Notes under the pieces: generated by a model
Seen by the model: only the letters and a program-made list of their open reading frames with translations
What the model was told of the DNA's origin: nothing
Databases searched by the model: none
Made by a program: the position numbers and the translations under genes
In this document: piece by piece, positions 1-13,076 of the stretch
Position numbering within the stretch: position 1 is the stretch's first letter
How the letters are laid out: every line of letters begins with the position of its first letter
NCBI GenBank assembly: GCA_012295275.1
Contig: CM022669.1
Coordinates: 7,998,001 to 8,062,000, forward strand
Length of the DNA: 64,000 bases
Direction: 5' to 3'
Source of the DNA: Chrysomallon squamiferum
Taxonomy: Eukaryota > Animalia > Mollusca

Positions 1-1875
1 ATTAGAGGGAATTGTTGGTTTGTTAGGCTTTAGTTTTATTTGCTTTTATTTACCGCCCCACAAAAAAAAAATATAAAAATAAACCGTACAGGCAGCTAAG
101 GTGCGCATACTCCAAAAGGAATATATACTTCATATAATAAATAAATAAATAAAATAAAATATCAGTGCCAAAAAAAAAAAAATATATATTTATTATGATA
201 AATATCACATTCACATATCAGTATCCAGAAAGTGTTTTAGATATTTTCTTTACAAAAATATTTTTTTTATTATTGAAAATTAGTAATTTATGCATACACA
301 CAACACACAAACACATACCCAGAAACTAATACACATACACATTCATGTAGTTACATACAACACATATAAAAGCACACTTACACAAATAACAATCACGAAT
401 TGTGTATTACATACTCTGGCCACCTGTAATGAAATATGATAACAGGAGATATACAAATATTACAAGACAGCGGGTCAGCAGGTATGTGGAAGAATGCAAC
501 AGGCGGGGAACTGGACATTATAACTGTTACAAGATCAGTGTTTGCTTGTCCAGCGAACTGCCCGGAAACAAAAGAAAGAGAAATCGTTGCTCCTTGGGGA
601 TTGTTGGACAAACAGGATATAATTAAAATTATCATGACATGATTCGGCGGAAAGGTATTTCACATACACTTAGCAATTACATTCAGTATTGTACCTACAC
701 CAGCTTACAGAAAATAAAGATTTCAATAAAACTGTTTAATTCAGTTTGTTTGGAATGTACTTTCATTATTTACTTTTATCCTGTCTCTCATTTTCAATCT
801 ATTCCTCCTTCTGTATTTCTTTGTATTATTTTTTTTCTTCTCTTTTGACTTTTCTTTTCATTCTATCATTTTCTCTTCTTTGTTCTTTTCAAAATTTTCT
901 CTTTTCAGTTTTCTCTATTTTTCTTCCTTGTTTTCGTTTTTTTCTTTTCTTTTCTTTCAATCTTTTAATTTTCTTTAAAAACGTTTTGCCGTAATTTCTA
1001 CTCTATTTGGTATAGATAAACTTCAACTTGAATTATTGTTTTAATAAATAAAATTATTAATTTGTTGACAAAAACAAAAAACTGCAGAGTATCTGATAAA
1101 ACATATTTCTCTGAAAGGAAACAAATACACAGAAATTATTTGTTATTAAACTGTAGTTACAATAATGAAGTAATAATTATATTTGTTCAGTTGTTGATGT
1201 TTTTCTTACACGTAAACTAATAAGAATTCTTTTTTTAGTAAATATGTAGTTATTATTTAAAAATATTTTTACTACTACTATTATTATTATTATAATTATT
1301 ATTATTATTATTATTATTATTATTGTTATTATTATTATTATTAGTAGTAGTAGTAGTAGTAGTTGTAGTAGTAGTATTATGAAACTAAAAACGAATGAAT
1401 AAATAAATATTCATAACTAAAATCAGTAACTGACATTTAACATTTGTTCCAAAACAATGCTTTATCGTTTTTTCTTTTATCTTTTTGTTTGTTTCTAAAA
1501 TTTACTTTTTAAAATTCGAAAAGATTTTAATGTAAATTAACATACATAACTAATTATCAAAATCAAATAAAAAAAAACTGTTTTGTTTTAAATATCAATA
1601 TTTTCTTAATACAATTATTTTTTGTTTAGCTATTACTACTATTTCTCTAGAATATAAAATATACAATTTATTTCAAATATCCTTTTAAAAAAATAAATTA
1701 ATAATAAATAAAACGATACATATATATTTATATATGTGTATATATATAATTATTTTCTTTACAGCTTTTATTTTCGTTTATTTATTTATTTGTTTATTTA
1801 TTTATTTATTTATTTATTTCTGAAAAACAGCTAAAATAAATATATAAACACACACACATATGTATATTATTACAA

Positions 1876-1910
1876 TATAATATTATTGTTTGTTAATGTT
1901 TTATTTTGCG

Positions 1911-1941
<31 letters not shown>

Positions 1942-2065
1942 GGCAAAATAAAACGCAAAATAAAACCTTGTTTGTTAAGGTTCTATTTTAATATATATAT
2001 ATATATATATATATTACTGCGTATATATACGCAAAATAAAACCTTAACAAACAATACTATTATAA
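1876..2065. repeat. Imperfect inverted repeat (foldback) with (TA)n core
   Basis: Arm TATAATATTATTGTTTGTTAATGTTTTATTTTGCGTATATA (1876-1916) is the near-perfect reverse complement of TATATACGCAAAATAAAACCTTAACAAACAATACTATTATA (2024-2065). Partial copies of the same unit lie between the arms. Confidence 0.75.
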
Positions 2066-2403
2066 TAAAATGTATATGTATGTATGAGGTCTGTCACTAA
2101 TATTATCGTTATGTTTTTATTTTGCGCTAAGTAAATTAATAACAATCTAATTTACATGATATATTAAATATTCAGCCAATAAAAACTTGCCGAATAGAGA
2201 TAATTTAAATAAAACATTTTGGTTTATAATAAGAAATAGAATATAAATAAATAAATAAATAATAAATGTTAAAAATAAAAGAAACAAAAACAAATAAATT
2301 GAAACCACTCAGGAAAGAAATATTATTAAGGAAAAAGAAATATATGGAACCATTCATTCATTCATTTTCAGCTGAAAATTAATTATTAGAAATTAATAAA
2401 ATC

Positions 2404-2448
<45 letters not shown>

Positions 2449-2529
2449 TTAATAATAAGGCACAAACTATTTCTTTAAACTGAAGTAAAAAAAAAAAACA
2501 ATTAAAATTGTTTCAAATTTCAAATGTTT

Positions 2530-2535
2530 TTTATT
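2530..2535 (-). terminator. Candidate FoxAB polyadenylation signal (AATAAA)
   Basis: TTTATT on + strand ~660 nt past the stop, followed on the minus strand by U/GU-rich sequence. Inference only; AATAAA is frequent in this AT-rich DNA. Confidence 0.35.
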
Positions 2536-3194
2536 GCACAGTAATTTTTGAGCATTTCATACTGTGGGGTGTTTTCAGTGACACTAGTTATTTACAGTTT
2601 ATATACACATTTGTGAATATATTCACTTAAAAATTGAGCGTTATATATGTACAAATACAGTACCAATAAAAATAATTAATTATATTTAATTACAAAAACA
2701 AAATGAAGTAATATATTTACAATTTGCGTAAGGGTGCACAATATCAAAAACATTTTCTGTTTTCAAAGAATTTATATTTAATTAAATCTAATAAACAACT
2801 TTCTCATTATTTCTTTTTCATCTGTCCTGCGACGTACAGACTTTCATGCATTCATTCATTTACACACACTAACACACACACGTACACGCACACAAAACAT
2901 AAACATAGGAATGGGTATTTGATGTAACAGCATTATAAAAAAAAATCACTACAAAAGGCTTCAAACATAAAAAATAACACATATTGTAATAATCTACAAG
3001 CACTTTGATAAATAGAAATACCTTGGCATCTTGCGTAGTTAACATTGTTTTCTGTTCGACTTCGATGTCAAAACATGACGTCTGTTTTTGTCGTAAATGG
3101 AAGAGGACACAAAACGTCTGTTTATAAAAATAAAAAAAAACACTCGTAAAAATATAATAATTCTTGATTGTTAGGGAACACTTTTTTTTTTGGA

Positions 3195-4281
3195 TTATAA
3201 CCGGAACTGTGGCTGAGAGGAATACTGTGAGCAGGAATAGGAAGGCTGTCCTAGAGAGGCGGGAAAACTCGAAAGAGCGGGATTCGATGACGTCATGGCC
3301 TGTACTTGGCTGATGGGAAGATAAGAACTGTTCATGTTGAGCGGAGAGTTTCCCAGGGGAGAGGTTCCAAGAGGCGAGCCGGTCAGAGAGCTGTTCATGT
3401 TGTTGGCGTTGTAGTACGCAGAATAACCCGCGGCTGCTGCTGCTGCCGCAGGATTCCACGTCTCCGGCTTGGCAGGAAGCCCGTACTGCTGGTGTTGCTG
3501 GAAGCCCCTGTGACAGGGCTCCGAGGCCCAGGTGATTCAGGCTCGGATATCCTTTGTAACTCTGAGGAGTTCCGTACAGACTGAAGTGTCCAAAAGAACT
3601 GACGTGCTGAATCGTAGCCGATTCGTTTCGTCGATATTTCTGCAGCTTGAATCGTTTGGCTCGACGGAGAAAACTTCCGTTCCCGAACATGTCTCCGCAG
3701 CTAGGATGCAGAGCCCAGTAGTTGCCCTTCCCGGGCCTTCCCGGGGCCCTCGGCACTTTGACGAAGCAGTCGTTGAGGGAGAGGTTGTGACGAATCGAAT
3801 TCTGCCACCGCTGTTGATTTTCTTTGAAGTACGGAAAACGGTCCATGATGAACTGGTAAATTTCGTTCAGCGTCATCATACCGGAGCTGGAGCTCTCTAT
3901 TGCCATGGTGATGAGAGCGATGTAAGAGTAAGGCGGTTTGACGTCCGCGAAGCGTCGGTTCTGCTGCGACAGAGTGGACGTGCCGGAAAAGTTACCAGCC
4001 TCGGCGTCATCTATGTCTTCGTCGTCAACATCGTCGTCGTCGTCTTCCTCATCAGACAACAGAGAGGTGGGCGACGTGCGAGACAGGTCCAACCTCTCCA
4101 CGTGCTTGCTGTCGATGTTCTGATTTATTCCTGCTTCCATGAGTCCGGCTGGTAACGGCGCGTGCACGGGCAGAGGTGCCGTCTGCTGTATGAGATGCGA
4201 CACCGCCATCATGCACGACGACTTGTCCATCATCCGGTGACCATCAAGGAGAAGACTAGCGGAGGAGGCATCCATGATCAT
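3195..4281 (-). CDS. FoxAB: Forkhead transcription factor FoxAB (intronless; one apparent +1 frameshift at the C-run 3505-3508; ~361 aa when corrected)
   Basis: Forkhead domain [104 protein letters not shown] mixes FoxA ([10 protein letters not shown]) and FoxB ([11 protein letters not shown]) features, as in the FoxAB class. Start gccATG at 4281; acidic tract precedes the domain. Removing one G from CAGGGGC continues the frame as [41 protein letters not shown]...QPQFRL* (TAA 3195-3197). The 531-aa track ORF instead runs into AT-rich UTR at both ends. Confidence 0.88.
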
Positions 4282-4529
4282 GGCTGAGGAACGTGAAACT
4301 AAATTCTTGAAAATATTTCCACTTCCAGTGTAAACCGTCCAGGTGGATGTTTTGGTTTTTTTTTTAAAAAGAAGAAAAAAAAGACCCTTCTGTAAAATTG
4401 ATGTTGTTTTCTTTTTTTTTTTTTTTTTAAATCTAGCGATTTTAATTGAAACTTTTATAAACAAAATATTGACGTATTTTCCACTCGTAAAAGTATGAGA
4501 TGAAATATCCTGTGCGTTTCAAATGCTAA

Positions 4530-4790
4530 GATAAATGTTTTTGCAGTGGGGAACTCGGTATATATCCCCCACAGAGCGATTAACACGTATTAAATCTGCA
4601 AACAGCGATTGGCTGACGTCCTACTGCTGCTTCATGTTAACTTGTGAAAACGTAATTAATGCAGATAAGTATTACCAATAATCACCACCAACTGGCCAAT
4701 CGCAGTGCGTTATGTATTACATTAGTGCGTCGAAGCTCCGCCTTTTTCTGGTCAGTAGCTTTTTAACATTAGCTCCGCCCACTAAATACG
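4530..4790 (-). promoter_or_regulatory. Probable FoxAB core/proximal promoter
   Basis: Minus-strand TATATA at ~4559-4564 (GGGGATATATACCG), CCAAT boxes at ~4607-4612 and ~4696-4700, GC-box-like CTCCGCCC near 4737 and 4773. CpG-containing and ~280-500 bp upstream of the ATG. Confidence 0.55.
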
Positions 4791-5620
4791 ACTGAGTCTG
4801 CTTCCATTACAGAAGTATAATCAGTGAAGCGAAATGGTTGAGAAATTTGTAGTTTTTGTTAGAAAGTTTCAGAGGAACGAGGAATAAGAAGAAAAGAAAA
4901 CAATTCTAATCGCCATTAACAATTTATGTCAACAGAACCGTTACAATTCAGTGACGTTTTGCACGCTTTAACTTCTGTTTATTATTTGAAGTAGTTGCCC
5001 ATGTTTTTGAGAATTTTGTCAATAACATTTCAAAAGTATGAAAATATTTTTCTCTAACTTTAAGCAGCTTTTAACAATATTTTTACTTACGTGTTTCACA
5101 AGCAGTAATCATGGACAATATTATTTCGGATAGAATACAAATATTTTAACGAACATCTATTTTATTTATTTAATATGATCGTGAATTGTGCTAAAGTGTG
5201 TAGACTGTATATTATATATTATTTCTGTTACAATAATAATAGTTGTGCTGAGATCATGAGTAAAAAGAATGATAGACAGAAAGAGAAAATATGTATCAGA
5301 TTACGAGAGAGTAAAATATAGAGGACCAAATGAAAATAATTTATGTAAATATTAATAGCACACGTTTTAATTCATTAAGTAGATTTCAAATAAAATAGAA
5401 ATAGAAAGAAAACGTTATGAACTATCATTTCTTTATACAAACTCAGTAATAAAACTGATGATGATGATGATGATTTTGATGTTAATAATATTCAAAGTGT
5501 ATGAAATTTTAGTAATGCAAATATCCATTCAAACAAACAGGAAAATAATCTGCCAAATAATGAAAAAAACAAATAAATAATTAAACAAGCAAGAATTATA
5601 TATATATAATTCCAGCTTGT

Positions 5621-5758
<138 letters not shown>

Positions 5759-6439
5759 ATAAATAAATAAATATATAAACGAAAGAATAAGCAAATGAAC
5801 AAACCAATGAAAAAAACAAATATTTAAATAAAAATAATAAATAAATAAAATAAACAAAGGAAGATGGATTGAACGAAACAAAGAAAGAAATAGAGATATA
5901 AATAAATTACAATAAAATAAAATAAGACATGACATATTTCTGATTCCTCCTGTGTAATTGGTTTGCTGTTTTTACAATTAACTGAAGTGAACACAACGTT
6001 GCACGTGCTGATTGGCGCCCTAATGAAAACGTGATAGCAGTTAATGTCAGTTAAGACTTAGATAATTAATATTCACAAAATGTAACGTAGAATTGCAATC
6101 GAAACTCTGTCACTTTGACATAACCGACAAAATTCAATTTTCTTTGTAGGTGGGAATTTTTTTAAACAGTGAACGTGTGTTACCAAACACAATTCGTCTG
6201 TTAACTAACATATAAACAATAGATGTCAGTGAAGTTCATTTGTAATTGAAAGAAATATAAATAAATAAATAAAATAAAATAAAATAAAATAAATAAATAA
6301 GCAAGTAAATAAGTAAATAAATAAATAAGTAAATAAATAAGAAAGCCAGTAAATAAGTAAGTAAATAAGTAAATCAACAAATAAAATAAATTAAATTAAA
6401 ATAAAAATAAAAATAAAAATAATAATAATAATAATAATA

Positions 6440-6487
<48 letters not shown>

Positions 6488-6810
6488 TCGAATGTAAAAT
6501 GAAATTAAACAAAATGTTTTTTTGAAATAAATATAAAATATCACGATGTTTGTATTTCAGTAATTATTTAATAATTTATTAGTTTTTAATAATAGCTGTG
6601 AATAAATAAATAAGTAAACAAACACTTAAAAGAAAGAAAAAAAGAAGACAAATTATGTATGATTTAAAAAAAAACAAAAAAACATTTATTTGAAAACAAG
6701 ATGGTGAAAACACATTAAGGTACTAAATTAACATCCTGAAAAAATATCACCATCACTAATTTATTATAAATACATGCAATTGTAATTATAACAACAATAC
6801 AGCATTGTTA

Positions 6811-6872
<62 letters not shown>

Positions 6873-6967
6873 AATAATAATAACGATAACAATAATATTA
6901 ATAAAATTTTAATTTTAGTATTTACTATTTTCACATCTATTATTTTTATCATTTCATTAATTTCGTA

Positions 6968-7016
<49 letters not shown>

Positions 7017-7217
7017 ACAATAAAGTGAAGCATTAAAAAAACCCATCATCATCATCATCAATACAGTCGTAGTAATATTTTTGTTGTAGTAGAAGTAATT
7101 TTAAGAAACAAAAACATTGTTTTGCATCATCACTAGGTTTTCTTAGCATATTAAACTTTTCACTTTCCTCAGATAACGAAGGATAAGTATACATCAAACC
7201 GCACGCACTCTTTCTCA

Positions 7218-7403
7218 TTTAATTGGATAAAACCATCAAAGTACATTTACATATTGGATTTACGTAAATGCCAGCTCAGACGATTTTTGTATCCGCGACT
7301 CAGTCTTTCTAGAATTTTTACACCTACCTCCATTGTGTTAGGAAAACTCCCGTCGTCAATTCATTAGTTGTAATCATAAATAGCTTACACCAAAGACGCC
7401 GCC
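7218..7403. promoter_or_regulatory. Candidate FoxAB upstream enhancer module A
   Basis: TTTAATTGGAT...AAATGCCAGCTCAGAC...GTCGTC-N5-ATTA-N4-TAATCATA-N12-CAAAGACGCCGCC; same ordered motifs as modules B and C. Confidence 0.55.
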
Positions 7404-8404
7404 CCATTAGACAATTACAAAATCATTAAATTTGAATAGTAAACGAATTTAACTGATGTGAAGAACTGAAACAAATGTATCAGAAATAAATGATAACAGT
7501 TTATAATATTTTCGGAAATGAATTAGTTGATTTATTGCAATTGCTGCTACCAAAAAAAGTATTGCTGTTGTTATTATTATGCTACAGTCTGTTCTAATAA
7601 TAATGCATCTGTTATAAGTAACACTATTAATATGTTATTACTATTACCACTACAGCTGTTTTTATTAACAGTACAAGTATTGTAATATTATTATATTATA
7701 ACCACTACTACAACTTGTACAAAAAAAACTGTTGCTGCTATCATCACTACTACAGCTACTACTACTACTACTACTACAACTACTAGTACTTTTACAACCA
7801 TTAGTACTATTACTACTGCTATTATAACTACTACTACTAATAAGAAGAAGAAGAAGAAAAAGAAGAATATCACTTGCTGACTAGACATTATATGTACGCT
7901 TTCTATTAATATTATTTATTTATATATTTTTATACTGTTATTTGTGATTTATTTATTTATTTGTTCCTTTATTTATCTGTTCGTAGTTGAAATTGCAGCT
8001 TTTTTCCCAGAATTATTCATCGATAAATTATATTTATATCTTTTATGATGATTTTTATTTGTTGTAAAATGTTCTACATATAAAAATAATTTATTTGGTA
8101 AGTAATGTAAAATTCAATTAAAATAAGAAATTTATTGTAGTTATTATCGTTATTATTACTGTTATTGATGTTGCTATTATATCATCATACGCTTCAACAC
8201 TGTCTTCGGCATAACTATTATTATTATTTTTGTTAATATGATGGTTGTTGTTATTATTATTTTATAAAAAAAAAAATCATCATCACTGTTACGGTTGTTG
8301 TTATGGTTGTTAAATAAAAACAAAAACTAAAATTGAAATTTTTATTCGTTAGCTGTTTAAAGAACGCGATGTTTTTAATGTATTTACTCTTTAAATCTGA
8401 TGAT

Positions 8405-8597
8405 ATCAAAGAGCCGCGTGTCGCGTTCATGTATTAATTGGATAATCTGGTAAGTAAATTATAAATATGAGAAAATAGCATCTCAGACATTTCCATCTCT
8501 TCACCACCTTTCCGTAGCCTACCTGTTGTACCTTTAAGTCACCTGTCGTCGGTTAATTAACAATAATCATATCGAAAGAAGACCAAAAGAGGCCGCA
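8405..8597. promoter_or_regulatory. Candidate FoxAB upstream enhancer module B
   Basis: ATCAAAGAGCCGCG, TTAATTGGAT...AAATAGCATCTCAGACATTT...GTCGTC-N5-ATTA-N4-TAATCATA-N12-CAAAAGAGGCCGCA. Confidence 0.55.
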
Positions 8598-8942
8598 GTG
8601 TTAAGACTATCAAAAGTCGTTTAGGATCAAGAGCTGTTTTTTTTATTCATTTATAAATATTACTTTTGGTTTCTTTTCATGAAGTTAGTATTCTTTTTTT
8701 TTTCTTTGTTTTTTAAATTTTTAATTTTTTTTTTTTTTTTTTTTTTTTCAAGAAAGAAAAACAAAAAGAAAGATTAAAAAAACCTAAAAACCTATAAATA
8801 CATAAATATTTTATTTTTATTTTATATTTATTCGAATTACCGAATATTAAATTTCTGTTTTAAATTTTTATTTATATGGACCATTTTTTTTTTTTAAATT
8901 TTATTGTTGCATTTTTTTTATGTTTTTTACTATTTATATATT

Positions 8943-8997
<55 letters not shown>

Positions 8998-10097
8998 CTG
9001 ATTGATTGATTGACTGATTTTCAGAATACGATTTTCCATTCTTTTTTAAAGTAAATATGCATTCATTGTTAAAGATAGAATTAGAAATTTGAAATATATA
9101 TAGATATAAAAGCACAAGAACATACGTTTTTATTTATTTATTAATTTATTATTAACTGTTGTCGCTGCTATTACCATTATTATTTATATCTTTCTTTTAT
9201 CGTTGTAATAGAGTTTATGTATGTGTGTACTTCTTGTGCATCTTTAGCTGTTAAATCTCTTGTAACAAAAGATTTGCAGAAATTAAAAACTTGGAGTGAT
9301 TGCTACTGGCGCAGATCTCACGTGTTTTTTGTCGCTGTGTAGAAAGTATTGTTGATAATGTCGTAGCGAAGTAAAAAAACTAAAGTGTCCTGGTATCTTG
9401 TTAAACTCACCACTTAGACACAGTGTGAGGCTGAAAGCTTTTTTTTTTTTCTGTGAACTTCAAGGAAAGGTGTCGGTATTTGTAGCTGGTAGCTGGTGAG
9501 GTGTTTCATTCTTTTGGCTAGCTTGTTAACAAGGAACAGTCGAGTGGAAAATGATAAGAAATAAAGATGTGAAAGTAAGAATGAATGTAAATATATAAGT
9601 TGGAACAGAAAATAACATGTTTAAACTTTAAAAAAAAAAAATGCCAAACAGAAATGTTGATGAATATTTTAAAAAAAATAAAAACGCGAGAAACAAACAT
9701 GCTCTTATATGGATCTGTTTAGGCAATATGCGCACGTATTCATGTTAGTATGTGTCTGTCCGTGACTACGATGTATCTTATTACAATTGATTGTTTCAGT
9801 TTTTTCATCGTCGCTGTCGCTTAAGAAAAACTACACAGTTTCTCTTTCTCTCGCTGTCGCTTAAGAAAAGAGATCTAACACATACAACGTGGTACGGTCA
9901 CATCAAATGCCTCAGTAAGGCTGAAACATGTGATCATATCTCTGCAGTTTCGTCCAGATATAACAGAACTCAGCCTTTGATAAAGAAAACTGGTATACGT
10001 AAAAACACTGTCCACCACGGTGTGTCGATCCTATTAGCCGCCATACCGCCGCGTGGCCTTTTTTTTTTTTTTTTTGCTGTATTAAATTTCGATACAT

Positions 10098-10262
10098 TTA
10101 ATAGGATGAATTAAAAAAAAGAAAGAAACGAAATATGAAATTAATTAAATAGCAGCTCAGACATTTCACGCACCTTCTCTCCACGTTTTCTTTTATAAAG
10201 TTAATTCGTTTGTCGTCAGCCAATTAGTGTTAATCATAATTGAGCCACTTCAAAAACACCGC
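10098..10262. promoter_or_regulatory. Candidate FoxAB upstream enhancer module C
   Basis: TTAATAGGAT...AAATAGCAGCTCAGACATTT...GTCGTC-N5-ATTA-N4-TAATCATA-N12-CAAAAACACCGC. Confidence 0.55.
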
Positions 10263-11010
10263 TCCACTACCTCTTTCAAAAGCTGTCAATGATCACAGGT
10301 GAAATTAATAAAAGGTAATTGCTGGAATGTAAAAAAAAACAGAAGTGTACATGAAGGCTTCGGGAAGAATTACGGAGCAAAAGAGAGAGAAAAGTATTAA
10401 TACGTTTAAACGCAGCCGAGAATGCGTTTCCTTGTCGTACTCCAGTGAAAGGAACGCGTGGTCGTTTCTGTTGTAATTGTATTAGTCTTAACAAAGCAAA
10501 TACTTAAAACTGTTTAGCCAATTAATGTATGATCAAAAGACGGAGAGACCGCGCGTCTATTGTTGCTGTATTTGAATCTTAGAAAAAACAAAATGGGTTT
10601 AACGTCTGTTAGCACAAGGTCTGTTCTCTTGCGTGTTTTGAGCCAGAAAATTATCTCCAGAAACGAAAAAGACTGAACAATTCAAACTGTCGGTTGTGTT
10701 AACATAACAACTTAAACGTCCTGCTCTCAGAATATCTCGTTTTTTTTTTACAGCAGGAAATGATTTATCTCAATCGTTGGCGATTTCTGCAACATAACGT
10801 GCTTGTGTCATTTCAACTACTTTTGATAAAGAAAAAGATAATTTAAGAACTGACGCACGTTTTACAGGACTGTTTATTTGAATATTTACTCAGTTTATCT
10901 TTGATTCTTTTGCATTTATTTGATTTTGTCAGTTTTGTGGTTATGGAGCTAATTATGAAAATTGATAGAATGAATACAAATACTTTCACTCTCTCTCTTA
11001 CACACACACA

Positions 11011-11076
<66 letters not shown>

Positions 11077-11407
11077 TTTCGTTCTCTCTTTCATAATACC
11101 ATTCACAAATTATAGTTCTAAAAAACACAGGTTTTTTTTTTTTTTTTTTTTTTTGTGTACACTGTTCTTCATTCTACCTATCAGGCGGAGTATTTTTCAC
11201 AAAGTTTTAAAACTAAGTACCGGTATTTTTTAGTGCATGTACACTGCTACTTAGAACACTGCAGTACATAAATAGTTTAATGTTAGTTACTGAAGACTGA
11301 TAGCAATGTAGTCACGCATGTCAAATCTTATATATTTTTGTTAATTTTATTTGTTGTTTATATTGTTGTTTTCCTTCTTCGTCTTCCTCTTCTTCATATT
11401 CTTCTTC

Positions 11408-11460
<53 letters not shown>

Positions 11461-13025
11461 AAAATAATTAAACAACGATATTAATGAATTAACATCATTT
11501 TTAATGTTACAGAATGATATAGTATTAATATCGAACATATGTCCGCAAAATAATAATAATAATAATGTAGTTAACAACAGTTACTAGTCTTATAGTCAAC
11601 AGTTAGCCTTATAGTCATCGTAGTTATATTAATAGTGCTAATAGTAGTAGTAATATTAGCAGTTATAGTAGTAGTAATAGTAGTTGTAGCAGTATTAGTA
11701 GCAGTGTTAGAAATAAGAGTAAGAAAAAATCAACAGCAGTAGCAGAGTAGTAGTAATTGTAGTATTAACAGCAGCAGTAGTAGTAGTAGTAGTAGTAGAA
11801 GTTACTGTCGTAAATGTAAAGAACAAACTCTCTCGTTTTAACACCTGTATACATTATGATAACAATAATTAATTACATATTACCAGTTCCAAAACATTTA
11901 GGACAATCTTAAATTAATATTGCGCACACAAAACAAAAACTTGACATTTACGTCCCTTGACAGAACAAATGGGTGATTTTCTATCTCTCGGGAATAGGAA
12001 TGGTTCAAGGACACAAAGGACTGTTATAAACATTTCTGATTTTTAATTTTAAAGTGTAGAGGAGTCATTGGTTTCAAAAAAATCAATTATTAAAAAAAAA
12101 AAAAAAAAAAAAAAGATAAATGATCCACATTTAAAAAAATATCTGCTGCTAAAATGGCAGCAATTTCGCCATTACTCAAGTATTTTCTCACCTTTGACCC
12201 CAGAGTCATTATAACCTCACCTGACAGGCGATGCAGTGAGAGGCAAATATTGACCCAGTTTGATTGCACGTGTGAAAAACCTTCCAGCGTCCAATACGAC
12301 TAAAACAATAGCCAAGAACGATAACTCTGGTTAAAGCACAGAAGTAGTTCGTAAAGTGATTTCTCTTTTACGTTTTTTTCAACAGGGTGTTACTTTACTT
12401 ACTCGCGAAGGTGTTGCCACACGCACAGACAATGCTGACCAATAATGACCAGTACCCGAGGAAACAGACACCCTGTACAAATATTTGGACTGTTTTAACA
12501 GACATTTACAAGTCTTTTTCGCCGAATTTGCAAGGAAACTCGAAAGTGATTATTGTTTAGTGCAATATGACATCTCGTCTTTTGTTCTCGGTTTTCTCTA
12601 AGTACTTACTGAATCAGTGACATAGATTGTTCCTTGAGGCAACTTTATTTCTCTCTTTGTTTTTTCTTTTTTTGAATTAAAATAATTACCAGAGTTATGT
12701 TAATTATATAAAGAAAGTAGAAAATTAAAATAAAATCGTAATAATAAAAAGTTTAAAATATTTGTAAAATATTTTCATTATACCTTTTACTGGATTTAAA
12801 ATATAAATATTTTATTAAGTGTTAGTAGCTGAACAAAATTTGTTCTGTGCCCCCCCCCCTTTCTTTTGATAATATGCATGTAGAAAAATAAATAAATAAA
12901 TATAGAGCGACAGACACACACACAAACAATCAGGATGACATACAAAAAAAACAGGTTTTGTTGCTTGTGGCGATAAATAATATACTTGTGATGCTTGATA
13001 AATTATGTTAAATATGTTTCGTTAA

Positions 13026-13076
<51 letters not shown>

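Noticed and set aside
3306-4155. Plus-strand ORFs of 92, 207 and 61 aa
   Set aside because: Antisense shadows of the GC-rich FoxAB CDS with no recognisable domain.
2869-4464. 531-aa ORF as the real Fox protein
   Set aside because: The N-terminal 61 aa derive from poly-T/A 5'UTR and the C-terminus from AT-rich 3'UTR after a frameshift; the 4281-3195 model is far more protein-like.
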